Shown here: piece after piece, positions 1 to 12,549 of the stretch
Position numbering within the stretch: position 1 is the stretch's first letter
How the letters are laid out: every line of letters starts with the position of its first letter
Origin: Eledone cirrhosa
Lineage: Eukaryota
Reading direction: 5' to 3'
Assembly (NCBI GenBank): GCA_964016885.1
Contig: OZ024749.1
Coordinates: 3,224,001-3,288,000, forward strand
DNA length: 64,000 nt
The notes under the pieces: generated by a model
What the model was told of the DNA's origin: nothing
What the model saw: the letters and a program-made list of their open reading frames with translations, nothing else
The model's database searches: none
Program-made: the position numbers and the translations under genes

Positions 1-25
1 CCAGGTCAGGTCTATTGTGTCATTA

Positions 26-65
<40 letters not shown>

Positions 66-1985
66 TATTATTATTATTATTATATATATATATAGTTCTA
101 GAGTAAACCAATCTTAAAGAGAGAGATGGACATAGGAGAGGAGAAAAGAGATGGGTAACGTCTTCCTTGTGAATTTTGTGGTCGTGTTTTGCTTAACTAA
201 TGAATATATATGTATATATATATATATTCATCTATATACGGAGACTATTTATACTGTCTCGTTGACCACTTCAATAATTTTATTTTGTCGTGTTTGTCTT
301 TTCTTTTTTTCTTTGTTGATTGTTTCCGGTAACTTGAAGACACATTTTGATTTGGAGAACTGAAATATTATTTTTCCTTTAAACAGGTAACGATTTAATG
401 AGGGAAATAAAATACCAAAATATCCCATTAACTAAGACTCTTGAGAATATGTACCACGTGCTACAAAATGGCCTATTCCACTATAATTTCCTTCTCTACT
501 TATTTGTACCACTTGAATATAGCTGCGAGACGTCATAAGCACACCACTGTACTATGTCGTTTGAATTAAGTGCTGCTATTCCTATTGGAAATGAAAATAA
601 TTCAGATATTTTCAGTCACGTTACAAGAACAATTTCCAAGTTGCTAAATTTCAAATTGTTTGACGTTCGTACATTCGTGAAATTGGAGCATTTGCACAAA
701 TTCTCTTTAGTACAATTTCATAGGATTCGTACCTTTGTGGTTTTAATAGTGTTGTTCTTGTAGTTTAGCCGCAAGTGAGCTGCTAAATATTAGACATAAG
801 ATTAAGGTTATACAGTCCGTGACTATTACAGTTCTTTCGATAAATACATGCTTTTCTGTATCATTAAATTATTGCTGATGAAGTCAACGAGCTTTTAAAA
901 TCGAATATATAAAACGTTCGAATGACATTCATGAAGATCCATGTTTTCTTCCATTGCATGGTATAATGGAAATCAAATATACTTTGCTAAATCCTTGATT
1001 CTAATAGAGCATTTTGACCCACATTTCGTCTCCGGTAACTATACTATGATTCCTAGGATCAGCACTATAGCACACTTTCCACAAGTAATTTCTATAAGGA
1101 TTATGATTAGGTTATACTTACCCGAGGAATACGAAGCCACTCATGAACGAAATTAACATATGTCTATATGTTAATTTAGTTCAGCGAGACCTTGTAATGA
1201 ACATATATTTTAAACACGGATCGGTATGATGTTAAGCAAGAGTTGCTCGGTGTTTATTTGTTTTAGAAGTTTCTGTCTACTAAACCCAAATTGCCAGTTA
1301 TATATAAGCCCGAGGTTATGGTATTAAACACTTGCTTAAGACATATTCAATTGTATTGATAAGCCATCACACTCTAGTTATTCAACATTGACGTAAACTT
1401 TTTACTTTCTTTCTGCTCTTATTTTCCAAATTTAACTCCTATAAAAATACCCTTTAAAAGTATAGGATGTATAAGACATATTTCTTGCTGTTGCCAAAAT
1501 GTAATATTGAGGTTACTTTATGACCACGACTGTTTTCGACATGCCAAGATGTGACAATTTTGTTAAAATGGTTCGGAAGCTATTTGCAGTTACAACCACT
1601 ATTTTATTATTTTCGCAGCGAAACTAAATAACTTTTTAAACATACTTCCAAGCTGTAATAACCGTTAAATAAACTGTCATACACAGGTAATTTATGACGA
1701 TGGTGCATGTCGTTTCAAATTATTACTTTATCGGTCCAATATGGTTGTATAATTGGAAATTGTGCGTATTTTCTTTTCATTTCTTTAGATATTCATTTTG
1801 CGTTCGACTCCGAAGGACATAAAGAGATAGGGAGTATATATATAAGAAAGTGTAAAAACAAAAAGAAACAACTAATAAGAACTAGTAGAGAATGTATTAG
1901 ATAGCAATAATTGATGTCATGTCTGTGATGTTATATGTGGGATACAAAAATACAACAAAGCTAGGCAAGGTGAAAGATCACTATT

Positions 1986-2031
<46 letters not shown>

Positions 2032-2049
2032 CCTACACGCATTCATATT

Positions 2050-2117
<68 letters not shown>

Positions 2118-2426
2118 TTTAAAGGAAATATATAATTTCTCGGCACAACTATGGTGTTCATATATCAGGCATAATAAAGTACAGTGAATTAGTGTTTGCT
2201 GCTTCCAGCGTATGAGGATCATGTATTATTACATAGCAAAAAGAAAGATCTTTTCTCTGTTTAGCCAGGACGGTATAAGAATAATCTAAAACCGAATTGC
2301 AATAATTGAACGATATACATATATTTCCTAAATAGAACATACAATATGCACTAGTTAATCAATAACCGATTACTCTATGAGTAGATTCACCCTGAACTAT
2401 GAAGCGTTTTCAATATAGTGATGGAA

Positions 2427-2568
2427 TAATTGTTTCTATTTTTTGGCACAAGACCAGCAATTACTCAGTGCATTACTGGTACTTTATTTTATCGACCCCG
2501 TAAGGATGAAAGGCAAAGTTAACCTCGGCGGGATTTGCACTCAGAATGGCGTCCGACCCTCTACCGAT
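2427..2568 (-). mobile_element. SINE, internally deleted
   Basis: Same family. Flanked by the duplicated gatggaataat. Confidence 0.85.
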
Positions 2569-2784
2569 GGAATAATGTTAGTATATTACCGATAAATTCC
2601 AAGATATTATATTGCTGCCTTACCACTATATCACTTCCTCCAGGCTGGGGGACGTTATCAGTGGGGGTATATACTAAAGCAAAGAGTTAATGTTAATGCC
2701 GTCGTCCAGGACGACAGTCATCTAGAGTTTCTGTCATATTAGAAGTATTTACATACACAGGCAGACGAAAAATAGTAACATAAT

Positions 2785-2966
2785 GTGGATTGGCAGTATC
2801 GGTAGAGGGGCGGACGCCATGCTTTCCAGCATAGTTACGTCCCTTTACGATCTGAGTTCAAATCCCGCCGAGGTTGACTTTGCCTTTCATCCTTACGGGG
2901 TCGATAAAATAAAGTACCAGTAATGCACTAGTTAATTGCTGGCCTTGTGCCTAAAGTAGAAACAAT

Positions 2967-2968
<2 letters not shown>
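2785..2968 (+). mobile_element. tRNA-derived SINE (main family, representative full copy)
   Basis: A-box-like tggcagtatcgg, B-box gagttcaaatcc, central gcctttcatccttacggggtcgataaaataaagtacc, tail ccttgtgcctaaagtagaaacaatta. Confidence 0.9.
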
Positions 2969-3027
<59 letters not shown>

Positions 3028-3639
3028 AATGTATACATACATAATATATACATATACATATATATATATATATACGATATAATATATTTATATATATTCA
3101 TATATATATATATATTATATATGATATAATACAAATATATATATATATATATATATACGTGTGGGGTAGGGGCATGTGTGTGTGAGTATGTATGTATAAG
3201 TTAGCCATGAAATAATTAGACTATTAAACATTTTTGTAGCAGCTTGGTCCCTGTATATGAATGCTAATTCTTCCATAGACGTAGAAAAATGGTGGTTTAT
3301 TATATTTCTTATTTCTACGATGGAACCCTTGTAAACTAATTAGCTTTATTCATGAAAGTGCGGGGATGGGGGGAAACAAAGATAAAATGACATGCAACTT
3401 CAACGTTAAATTGAAGACATAACCAAATTTGTTCTACCTATTATTTTCACCTACATAGGTATTCAGGTCAAACACCTATTATTGATTATGGAAAAATGCT
3501 ATAAAACGTGTTGATGATGACGATGGTAATAATAATAACAATGATAACAACATTAATATCAATTAGTTAAAAAAAGTTTGACAATTTGCAACTGTAATGT
3601 TGAAATAAATACCCCAAATATACTAGTTAATGTGCAGCT

Positions 3640-3716
<77 letters not shown>

Positions 3717-3729
3717 TAAGTATACATGT

Positions 3730-4325
3730 GTGTATGGTGGCTGCCAACTCGTTTTCGAGTACGGCCACTACTTTATATCCATGTAGGAGAACCCCTACCG
3801 ATGCGCTGAACGAGTGTGACTTTTTAGTCTCAGCCAGTGACTTGAAAACTCTGGTACAAACACTACACTTGTGACAATTATTGACACATAGTGCTGGGCC
3901 CATGGTACCATGAGATGACAAGGGCAGAGATATCTCCAGATATAAAGCAATGCCTGTGCCGTGAAGCTTTTATAGTGAGCAAAGGCACTGCACAAAGCCA
4001 GTCCCACTCTCTTAACCAAGATGATATTTACCAAAAAGTAGAACAAGTCAACATCATTGGATACCATCAGGGTTGCAGGTGTTATATCAGAGTTTTCCTT
4101 CTCCTAGAATTCTGCCTTGACAAAGGCTAAGGGGTCATCTCTCCCGGTGATTTTGGATGGCCATTGACTCTTAAGAGCTCCTTTGCCCTTTGACATGTTT
4201 TGTTTTTGTCCTGCAGGATGTCCAAAGTCACCCTCCTCACCAAGAAACCTTGGTGGGGTTGCCAATTTACTCGCCAACGACCCGACCATGGGACAGGTTG
4301 TACTGGGATACATGTTACCAGTAGC
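3730..4325 (-). mobile_element. Probable LINE (RTE-like) 5' UTR fragment; diverged homologue at 48101-48430 (+)
   Basis: Both copies begin gctactgg..acatgta..cccag and share tggtcgggtcg and ggtgaggagg...tttggaca.cctgc.gga. Flanked by TA/CA repeats. Confidence 0.5.
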
Positions 4326-4353
4326 ACATGTGTGTATACATACATACATACAT

Positions 4354-4442
<89 letters not shown>

Positions 4443-5033
4443 TTCATATGTATAAGTGTAACTTCATGTGTCTGTTTAATGGAAAGAAATGAGAAATGTA
4501 GTTTTATAAAAGAAGTGAGATAGAATAATGCAAACATTCTTCAGCGTACCTCGGCATACCTCCAGCAGTACTAATGATACCAGTTCAATTAATGTATACA
4601 TATTTCCGTTACCCAAGGGACTCTTTGACATCTTACTTCAGTCAATGTGAAATGAATATGCTCCTGTTGGAACTTTTCAATGAAGGAATTTAACTGATTC
4701 CTTATTGCTATTTGATTAGTTTTAAAGAGTAGCATTTCTCCATCAGCGATTGTATAAACCTTCAATATATCAAAATGATATCATATTCAATTTATCAAAA
4801 TGATATCATGTTACACTAGCGTGTAACATATTTAAATACAACCAGTTTTGATAATAGAGGGGAAAATATATTCGTTTATGAAGAAACTGGAAGCGATGAA
4901 ATAAATAATTATTTTCATCTCTTCAAATCGTTTATATGCGATCTAAGGTTATATGTTTTATCACACAAACATATATATATATGCATAGTTACACAAATAC
5001 ATATATATACACACATGCATGCGCAACACACAC

Positions 5034-5076
<43 letters not shown>

Positions 5077-5166
5077 CAAAGATTAATATGCCTCATTGAT
5101 TACTCAACGAATACGATTTTACATTAGATTAGAAGCACTCAGCATCATGATTTCCTTGAGTTTTTA

Positions 5167-5497
5167 ATATTATTCAAAATGTTAACAAATGAAAAATATT
5201 CACATAATCAAAATATAGACTTTATTATACATATTTAAAAGGTACTGTGTTGTTTAAGTACGTTTTCATCAGACAAAATATATGATTTGATATATGACAT
5301 ACCGCTACGGTCTTGATTATACAATTCCAGTATTGGCAATAGTGGAATCAAGACCGTAGCGGTATGTCATATATCAAATAATATATTTTGTCTGATGAAA
5401 ACGTACTTAAACAACGCTGTACCTTTTAAATATGTATAATAAAGTATATATTTTGATTATGTGAATAGTTTTCATTTGTTAACATTTTGAATAATAT
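5167..5497. repeat. Fold-back inverted repeat, ~150-bp arms
   Basis: 5167-5316 is the reverse complement of 5347-5497. Confidence 0.9.
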
Positions 5498-5515
5498 ATA
5501 TATATATATATATAT

Positions 5516-5900
5516 ATAATAACTAGAGATTGATTAATATATAAATAAACATGAATAATCACCGGAGATAATTTTTACAAGTGTGTAACCACACATAGCT
5601 AGGTAGGTAACTAAATAAAGTTGACCAGAACTTCAAAAATAGATACCTTATAATACCTAATAATTCCTTGTTGAAAATGCAAGTCTCCACTTCTGTGGTT
5701 TACCATGTGATTAATTGGTGAAATATATTTATTTAATGGAATATATACAGAGAAGATTAATCATATAGTAAGGTATCTATTTTTGATGTTCTGGTCAACT
5801 TTATTTAGTTACCTACCTAGCTAAGTGTGGTTACACACTTGTACAAATTATCTCCTGTGATTATTCATGTTTATATGTTAATCAATATCTAGTTATTATA
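5516..5900. repeat. Inverted repeat, ~135-bp arms with ~115-bp spacer
   Basis: 5516-5651 is the reverse complement of 5768-5900. Confidence 0.9.
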
Positions 5901-6243
5901 AAATGCTCGGACCCACTCGTTAGAATCTTAGAGCTTATTTTGCGGGTGATATGGCGCATGTTTTTCTGGCATGACACCCATAATTTTGATTTAGATTAAA
6001 TTGATTTGATTTATCTTAATTTTGGATATATATATATATATATATTTATATATTTTTTAAATCCAAATTCAATAAACAGACCAGGATTTTTTCTTTTTGA
6101 GGATTGAAAGCAACATTTTTTTGCTTTTAAGAAATCACTGGTAAATGGAATAATTGCCTTATGTTGTTTATTACATAACTATTAAGTTCTGTTACCTACA
6201 TAGAGCACTCTTTTGTCCTGGACTTTTCCGACGGAATTACTTC

Positions 6244-6306
<63 letters not shown>

Positions 6307-6361
6307 AATAGAGAGAAAAAGACGGTACAGTATATGGAAGGGATATATTAGTTTAAAGCTT

Positions 6362-6412
6362 GAAACGTTAAGAGGGCCTTAACTTTTCGGACGCTAGTCC
6401 TTCATCAGAAGT
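6362..6412 (-). ncRNA. Degenerate hammerhead motif
   Basis: Minus strand reads CTGATGA a ggac tagc gtcc GAAA a gttaag gccct cttaac g TT. Helix I is weak. Confidence 0.5.
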
Positions 6413-6509
6413 AAGAATGAAAAATAAGATAAATAGAAGGGACGGGCAGGTTGGATTTGGAAAAAAAAATGTCTTTAGATAAAAATAACAGGTCCATTCT
6501 TGGAAAACA

Positions 6510-6559
<50 letters not shown>

Positions 6560-6561
<2 letters not shown>

Positions 6562-6757
6562 ACGAAGGAAATGTGGTAGGGAACCAGGTGGACCATAACG
6601 CACCAAAGTACTCAATACTTGAGGTAGTAGAGTGGGTAATAGGAACCAGTAAGACCCCGACAGCTGAGCTAAAGCCGTTTCGACGGCTAATTCGACGGCT
6701 AATTCCTGAATTAGCCGTCGAAACGGCTTGAGCTCAGCTGTCGGGGTCTTACTGGTT

Positions 6758-6760
<3 letters not shown>
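6560..6760. mobile_element. Short TA-inserted family; copies also at 12238-12380, 23007-23075, 40007-40365, 46550-46640, 47990-48090 and 52018-52185
   Basis: Shared aacgaagga.atgtggta.ggaaccag.tggaccataacgcaccaaagtactcaatactt...gccgtttcgacggc. Several copies fold back. Confidence 0.85.
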
Positions 6761-6820
<60 letters not shown>

Positions 6821-6824
<4 letters not shown>

Positions 6825-7207
6825 ATAAATGCTCTGAAATAGCGATATATATGTGAATATAGACATAGAATATTCGAAAATATTCTGTATGTTTATAATA
6901 AACATTTTGAAGACCTAATCGCTATAGAATAGAATACGTCACGTATTACAATTAGATTCTCGATAAAAGCAAGGGAAGTAATCTACGCGTTTCATTCTCG
7001 TTAGAAATCATCAGGACTACATATCCAGTGCTTTTATCGAGAATGACACAGCTAGAGACTTATAGAATACTTAGCTGTGTACAGGAACTGGTTTGAAAGA
7101 GCGGTTGCCGGTCCGGCAGAAATTAGAAATTGGAATAAATGCTCTGAAATAGCGATATATATGTGAATATAGACATAGAATATTCGAAAATATTCTGTAT
7201 GTTTATA
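6821..7207 (-). mobile_element. Inverted ~1.25 copies of the 310-bp unit
   Basis: Reverse complement of the array unit (tggaataaatgctc at 6821 and 7131). Starts directly after (TA)n. Confidence 0.9.
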
Positions 7208-10200
7208 TTTTCGAATATTCTATGTCTATATTCACATATATATCGCTATTTCAGAGCATTTATTCCAATTTCTAATTTCTGCCGGACCGGCAACCGCTCT
7301 TTCAAACCAGTTCCTGTACACAGCTAAGTATTCTATAAGTCTCTAGCTGTGTCATTCTCGATAAAAGCACTGGATATGTAGTCCTGATGATTTCTAACGA
7401 GAATGAAACGCGTAGATTACTTCCCTTGCTTTTATCGAGAATCTAATTGTAATACGTGACGTATTCTATTCTATAGCGATTAGGTCTTCAAAATGTTTAT
7501 TATAAACATACAGAATATTTTCGAATATTCTATGTCTATATTCACATATATATCGCTATTTCAGAGCATTTATTCCAATTTCTAATTTCTGCCGGACCGG
7601 CAACCGCTCTTTCAAACCAGTTCCTGTACACAGCTAAGTATTCTATAAGTCTCTAGCTGTGTCATTCTCGATAAAAGCACTGGATATGTAGTCCTGATGA
7701 TTTCTAACGAGAATGAAACGCGTAGATTACTTCCCTTGCTTTTATCGAGAATCTAATTGTAATACGTGACGTATTCTATTCTATAGCGATTAGGTCTTCA
7801 AAATGTTTATTATAAACATACAGAATATTTTCGAATATTCTATGTCTATATTCACATATATATCGCTATTTCAGAGCATTTATTCCAATTTCTAATTTCT
7901 GCCGGACCGGCAACCGCTCTTTCAAACCAGTTCCTGTACACAGCTAAGTATTCTATAAGTCTCTAGCTGTGTCATTCTCGATAAAAGCACTGGATATGTA
8001 GTCCTGATGATTTCTAACGAGAATGAAACGCGTAGATTACTTCCCTTGCTTTTATCGAGAATCTAATTGTAATACGTGACGTATTCTATTCTATAGCGAT
8101 TAGGTCTTCAAAATGTTTATTATAAACATACAGAATATTTTCGAATATTCTATGTCTATATTCACATATATATCGCTATTTCAGAGCATTTATTCCAATT
8201 TCTAATTTCTGCCGGACCGGCAACCGCTCTTTCAAACCAGTTCCTGTACACAGCTAAGTATTCTATAAGTCTCTAGCTGTGTCATTCTCGATAAAAGCAC
8301 TGGATATGTAGTCCTGATGATTTCTAACGAGAATGAAACGCGTAGATTACTTCCCTTGCTTTTATCGAGAATCTAATTGTAATACGTGACGTATTCTATT
8401 CTATAGCGATTAGGTCTTCAAAATGTTTATTATAAACATACAGAATATTTTCGAATATTCTATGTCTATATTCACATATATATCGCTATTTCAGAGCATT
8501 TATTCCAATTTCTAATTTCTGCCGGACCGGCAACCGCTCTTTCAAACCAGTTCCTGTACACAGCTAAGTATTCTATAAGTCTCTAGCTGTGTCATTCTCG
8601 ATAAAAGCACTGGATATGTAGTCCTGATGATTTCTAACGAGAATGAAACGCGTAGATTACTTCCCTTGCTTTTATCGAGAATCTAATTGTAATACGTGAC
8701 GTATTCTATTCTATAGCGATTAGGTCTTCAAAATGTTTATTATAAACATACAGAATATTTTCGAATATTCTATGTCTATATTCACATATATATCGCTATT
8801 TCAGAGCATTTATTCCAATTTCTAATTTCTGCCGGACCGGCAACCGCTCTTTCAAACCAGTTCCTGTACACAGCTAAGTATTCTATAAGTCTCTAGCTGT
8901 GTCATTCTCGATAAAAGCACTGGATATGTAGTCCTGATGATTTCTAACGAGAATGAAACGCGTAGATTACTTCCCTTGCTTTTATCGAGAATCTAATTGT
9001 AATACGTGACGTATTCTATTCTATAGCGATTAGGTCTTCAAAATGTTTATTATAAACATACAGAATATTTTCGAATATTCTATGTCTATATTCACATATA
9101 TATCGCTATTTCAGAGCATTTATTCCAATTTCTAATTTCTGCCGGACCGGCAACCGCTCTTTCAAACCAGTTCCTGTACACAGCTAAGTATTCTATAAGT
9201 CTCTAGCTGTGTCATTCTCGATAAAAGCACTGGATATGTAGTCCTGATGATTTCTAACGAGAATGAAACGCGTAGATTACTTCCCTTGCTTTTATCGAGA
9301 ATCTAATTGTAATACGTGACGTATTCTATTCTATAGCGATTAGGTCTTCAAAATGTTTATTATAAACATACAGAATATTTTCGAATATTCTATGTCTATA
9401 TTCACATATATATCGCTATTTCAGAGCATTTATTCCAATTTCTAATTTCTGCCGGACCGGCAACCGCTCTTTCAAACCAGTTCCTGTACACAGCTAAGTA
9501 TTCTATAAGTCTCTAGCTGTGTCATTCTCGATAAAAGCACTGGATATGTAGTCCTGATGATTTCTAACGAGAATGAAACGCGTAGATTACTTCCCTTGCT
9601 TTTATCGAGAATCTAATTGTAATACGTGACGTATTCTATTCTATAGCGATTAGGTCTTCAAAATGTTTATTATAAACATACAGAATATTTTCGAATATTC
9701 TATGTCTATATTCACATATATATCGCTATTTCAGAGCATTTATTCCAATTTCTAATTTCTGCCGGACCGGCAACCGCTCTTTCAAACCAGTTCCTGTACA
9801 CAGCTAAGTATTCTATAAGTCTCTAGCTGTGTCATTCTCGATAAAAGCACTGGATATGTAGTCCTGATGATTTCTAACGAGAATGAAACGCGTAGATTAC
9901 TTCCCTTGCTTTTATCGAGAATCTAATTGTAATACGTGACGTATTCTATTCTATAGCGATTAGGTCTTCAAAATGTTTATTATAAACATACAGAATATTT
10001 TCGAATATTCTATGTCTATATTCACATATATATCGCTATTTCAGAGCATTTATTCCAATTTCTAATTTCTGCCGGACCGGCAACCGCTCTTTCAAACCAG
10101 TTCCTGTACACAGCTAAGTATTCTATAAGTCTCTAGCTGTGTCATTCTCGATAAAAGCACTGGATATGTAGTCCTGATGATTTCTAACGAGAATGAAACG

Positions 10201-10952
10201 CGTAGATTACTTCCCTTGCTTTTATCGAGAATCTAATTGTAATACGTGACGTATTCTATTCTATAGCGATTAGGTCTTCAAAATGTTTATTATAAACATA
10301 CAGAATATTTTCGAATATTCTATGTCTATATTCACATATATATCGCTATTTCAGAGCATTTATTCCAATTTCTAATTTCTGCCGGACCGGCAACCGCTCT
10401 TTCAAACCAGTTCCTGTACACAGCTAAGTATTCTATAAGTCTCTAGCTGTGTCATTCTCGATAAAAGCACTGGATATGTAGTCCTGATGATTTCTAACGA
10501 GAATGAAACGCGTAGATTACTTCCCTTGCTTTTATCGAGAATCTAATTGTAATACGTGACGTATTCTATTCTATAGCGATTAGGTCTTCAAAATGTTTAT
10601 TATAAACATACAGAATATTTTCGAATATTCTATGTCTATATTCACATATATATCGCTATTTCAGAGCATTTATTCCAATTTCTAATTTCTGCCGGACCGG
10701 CAACCGCTCTTTCAAACCAGTTCCTGTACACAGCTAAGTATTCTATAAGTCTCTAGCTGTGTCATTCTCGATAAAAGCACTGGATATGTAGTCCTGATGA
10801 TTTCTAACGAGAATGAAACGCGTAGATTACTTCCCTTGCTTTTATCGAGAATCTAATTGTAATACGTGACGTATTCTATTCTATAGCGATTAGGTCTTCA
10901 AAATGTTTATTATAAACATACAGAATATTTTCGAATATTCTATGTCTATATT

Positions 10953-10957
<5 letters not shown>
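7206..10957 (+). mobile_element. Tandem array of 12 apparently identical 310-bp units, each with a type I hammerhead (retrozyme-like)
   Basis: tcgaatattctatgtc recurs at 7211, 7521, 7831 and so on to 10931 (period 310). No ORF. Ends in (TA)n. Confidence 0.9.
7356..7441 (+). ncRNA. Minimal type I hammerhead ribozyme (repeats every 310 bp up to about 10850)
   Basis: gtagtc CTGATGA t ttct aacg agaa t GAAA cgcg TA gattac. Helix III is the palindrome ACGCGT. Helix I is extended by ttctcgataaaagca/tgcttttatcgagaa. Predicted cleavage after 7414. Confidence 0.85.
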
Positions 10958-11002
<45 letters not shown>

Positions 11003-11205
11003 TATATATAAATATATATATATATGTATATATATAAATATATAGTATAAAAGAGAAAACACAGGTAAGCATTAAGAGAAGGATTTTATCCAGGTATTTA
11101 CGACCGTTTCATTATTAAGTACGTTGAAACCATCCATGAAACTGGCTTTCTTAACCAAAAAACTGGATCACAATAAGCAATTTTTTGCTTCTCTAACTAT
11201 ATACA

Positions 11206-11308
<103 letters not shown>

Positions 11309-11723
11309 ATATATTCATACATAGATAGGTATATGTGAGTATTATCATCTAAAGAAACCACTTCATGCAATACTTGTTTGGGAAATGAATCATTTGATAT
11401 CTTTCCCTCTAAATTCTCTCTACTGTCTCTTTCTATCTATGTATCAATGGTTATATCTTTGTCTCTCTATATATATGTCTGCATGTTTGTCTTCCAATAT
11501 CTCTTTCGTCGGACAAGAATAACATCAATAATAAACGAAACGTACCACTATGGTCCTGACAGTAGACATCCCCACCCCCAGTTAACCCGGCTCTATCCCT
11601 AAGCTACACCATCAAGTTTATCGATGGTGTTTTTCCCATCGAGTGATGGAGTTTACGAGCGAAACCAACTGAGAGATAACACAGAGGTAGGCCAGAGCAA
11701 GACGTTTGAAATACATCCATGTA

Positions 11724-11925
11724 GAGGGTAGACTGAAAATGTCCTAGTCTGACTATTACGGAATGATGCTAGAGCTGTGGAATCTTGCATGCATTAATTT
11801 CAAGTCTTATTATCATTATCTACATTGTTTCTTTCTATAGATGACCAAATGATGTTTATTTCGAAAAATAAATCTCATTTGGTCATATTAACTCGGTAAG
11901 CCTATGAACATTATATCCGACCCTC
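11724..11925. mobile_element. Degenerate mariner-like MITE
   Basis: Imperfect terminal inverted repeats gagggtagactgaaaatgtcctagtc and gcctatgaacattatatccgaccctc. Confidence 0.4.
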
Positions 11926-12149
11926 AATACGCGCGTTTTTTCTCTCCCCCATTTTTCCTTTTTTTCCCGATCTTTCCTCTTATCACTCATTACCTTTTAT
12001 TCAACTTCTATTTCTAGCTCTATCATTTGTTCGAAGCTTAAGACTCTCTTCCTATTATTTCAAGAGTTCGTTAAACTAATATATTTATTCCATGTACCGT
12101 GTCGTCTGCTTTGTTATATATTTTTTAATTTTACATAATATATATATAC

Positions 12150-12239
<90 letters not shown>

Positions 12240-12549
12240 CGAAGGAAATGTGGTAAGGAACCAGGTGGACCATAACGCACCAAAGTACTCAATACTTGAG
12301 GTAGTAGAGTGGGTATTAGGAACCAGTAAGACCCCCGACAGCTGAGCTCAAGCCGTTTCGACGGCTAATTCTGGACCTTAAGATATATATATATATATAT
12401 CTTAAGGTTTGTTGGTTCACCACTGGATAGAACTGGTCATTCCGTATGGTCAATCCTGGTGTAATATTGTGAAGATTACTCAACGCAGTGCAGTTCACCC
12501 ATCTTCATTTGTCTAGGTGGTGGTGCGAATACGGAGTTAATTATAAATG

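Noticed and set aside
2785-2870. tRNA genes
   Set aside because: The A and B boxes belong to SINE heads and there is no complete cloverleaf.
7206-10957. CRISPR array or coding repeat
   Set aside because: The units are fully identical with no variable spacers, there is no ORF, and the context is eukaryotic.
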